Below are positions 63,801-64,000 of a DNA stretch of 64,000 bases, in pieces. Under the pieces are notes generated by a model, which made no database searches, was not told the DNA's origin, and saw only the letters and a program-made list of their open reading frames with translations. The translations under genes were made by a program, and so were the position numbers. The first letter of the stretch is position 1; each line of letters opens with the position of its first letter. This DNA comes from Podarcis tiliguerta (Eukaryota): the NCBI GenBank assembly GCA_965153285.1, contig OZ229112.1; one strand, written 5' to 3'.

Positions 63801-64000
63801 TCCCTTCCTTTATTCTAATTTAGCCAAAAGATGCAACATTTCAATGGTGTAAAATTTTTGCTGAAATATGAACTCTGCACATTCACAGAGGTTAGGTCAG
63901 CTTAAAAAAAAAAGAAGAGAGAGAGAGAGAGAGAGGAAGGGGGGGAGGAGGAGGAGTTTTTTTTTTTGGGAGAGCGTGGGCTGCAGGGAGAAACTCATCC
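60861..64000 (+). mobile_element. ERV internal region: leader, possible decayed gag remnant, then non-coding sequence; 3' boundary not in window or uncertain
   Basis: CpG-rich leader with splice-donor-like GTGAGT at 61053; Pro-rich PSLPPYP-encoding stretch near 61770-61792; TGTTGTCTGTT repeats at 62020-62145; no gag/pol/env ORF and no 3' LTR seen. Confidence 0.55.

Overview
Vertebrate (squamate, most likely lacertid lizard, judged from the Sauria-type SINEs and BovB) genomic DNA with one protein-coding gene. It is a complete 7-exon SPACA1 (sperm acrosome membrane-associated protein 1 / SAMP32) orthologue on the minus strand: CDS 38412->20485, 918 nt, 305 aa, all six introns GT-AG and in phase, with a CpG-island promoter. 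The rest is intronic or intergenic DNA dense in mobile elements: six Sauria SINEs, Squam3/MIR-type and tRNA-Lys/CR1-type SINEs, fragments of BovB, RTE, CR1, L2 and L1, many Tigger/pogo-like and hAT-like MITEs, and microsatellites. There is a 148-N assembly gap. At the right end is the 5' part of an endogenous retrovirus-like element (486-bp LTR, tRNA-Lys PBS, about 3 kb of ORF-less internal sequence running off the window). Nearly all ORFs in the supplied track are spurious. I found no convincing new biological system. The most worthwhile leads are the ORF-less ERV, the repeat-derived C-terminal extension of SPACA1, an RTE parent/non-autonomous pair, and several enhancer-like motif clusters. 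Family names and mammalian comparisons come from recall, not database searches.
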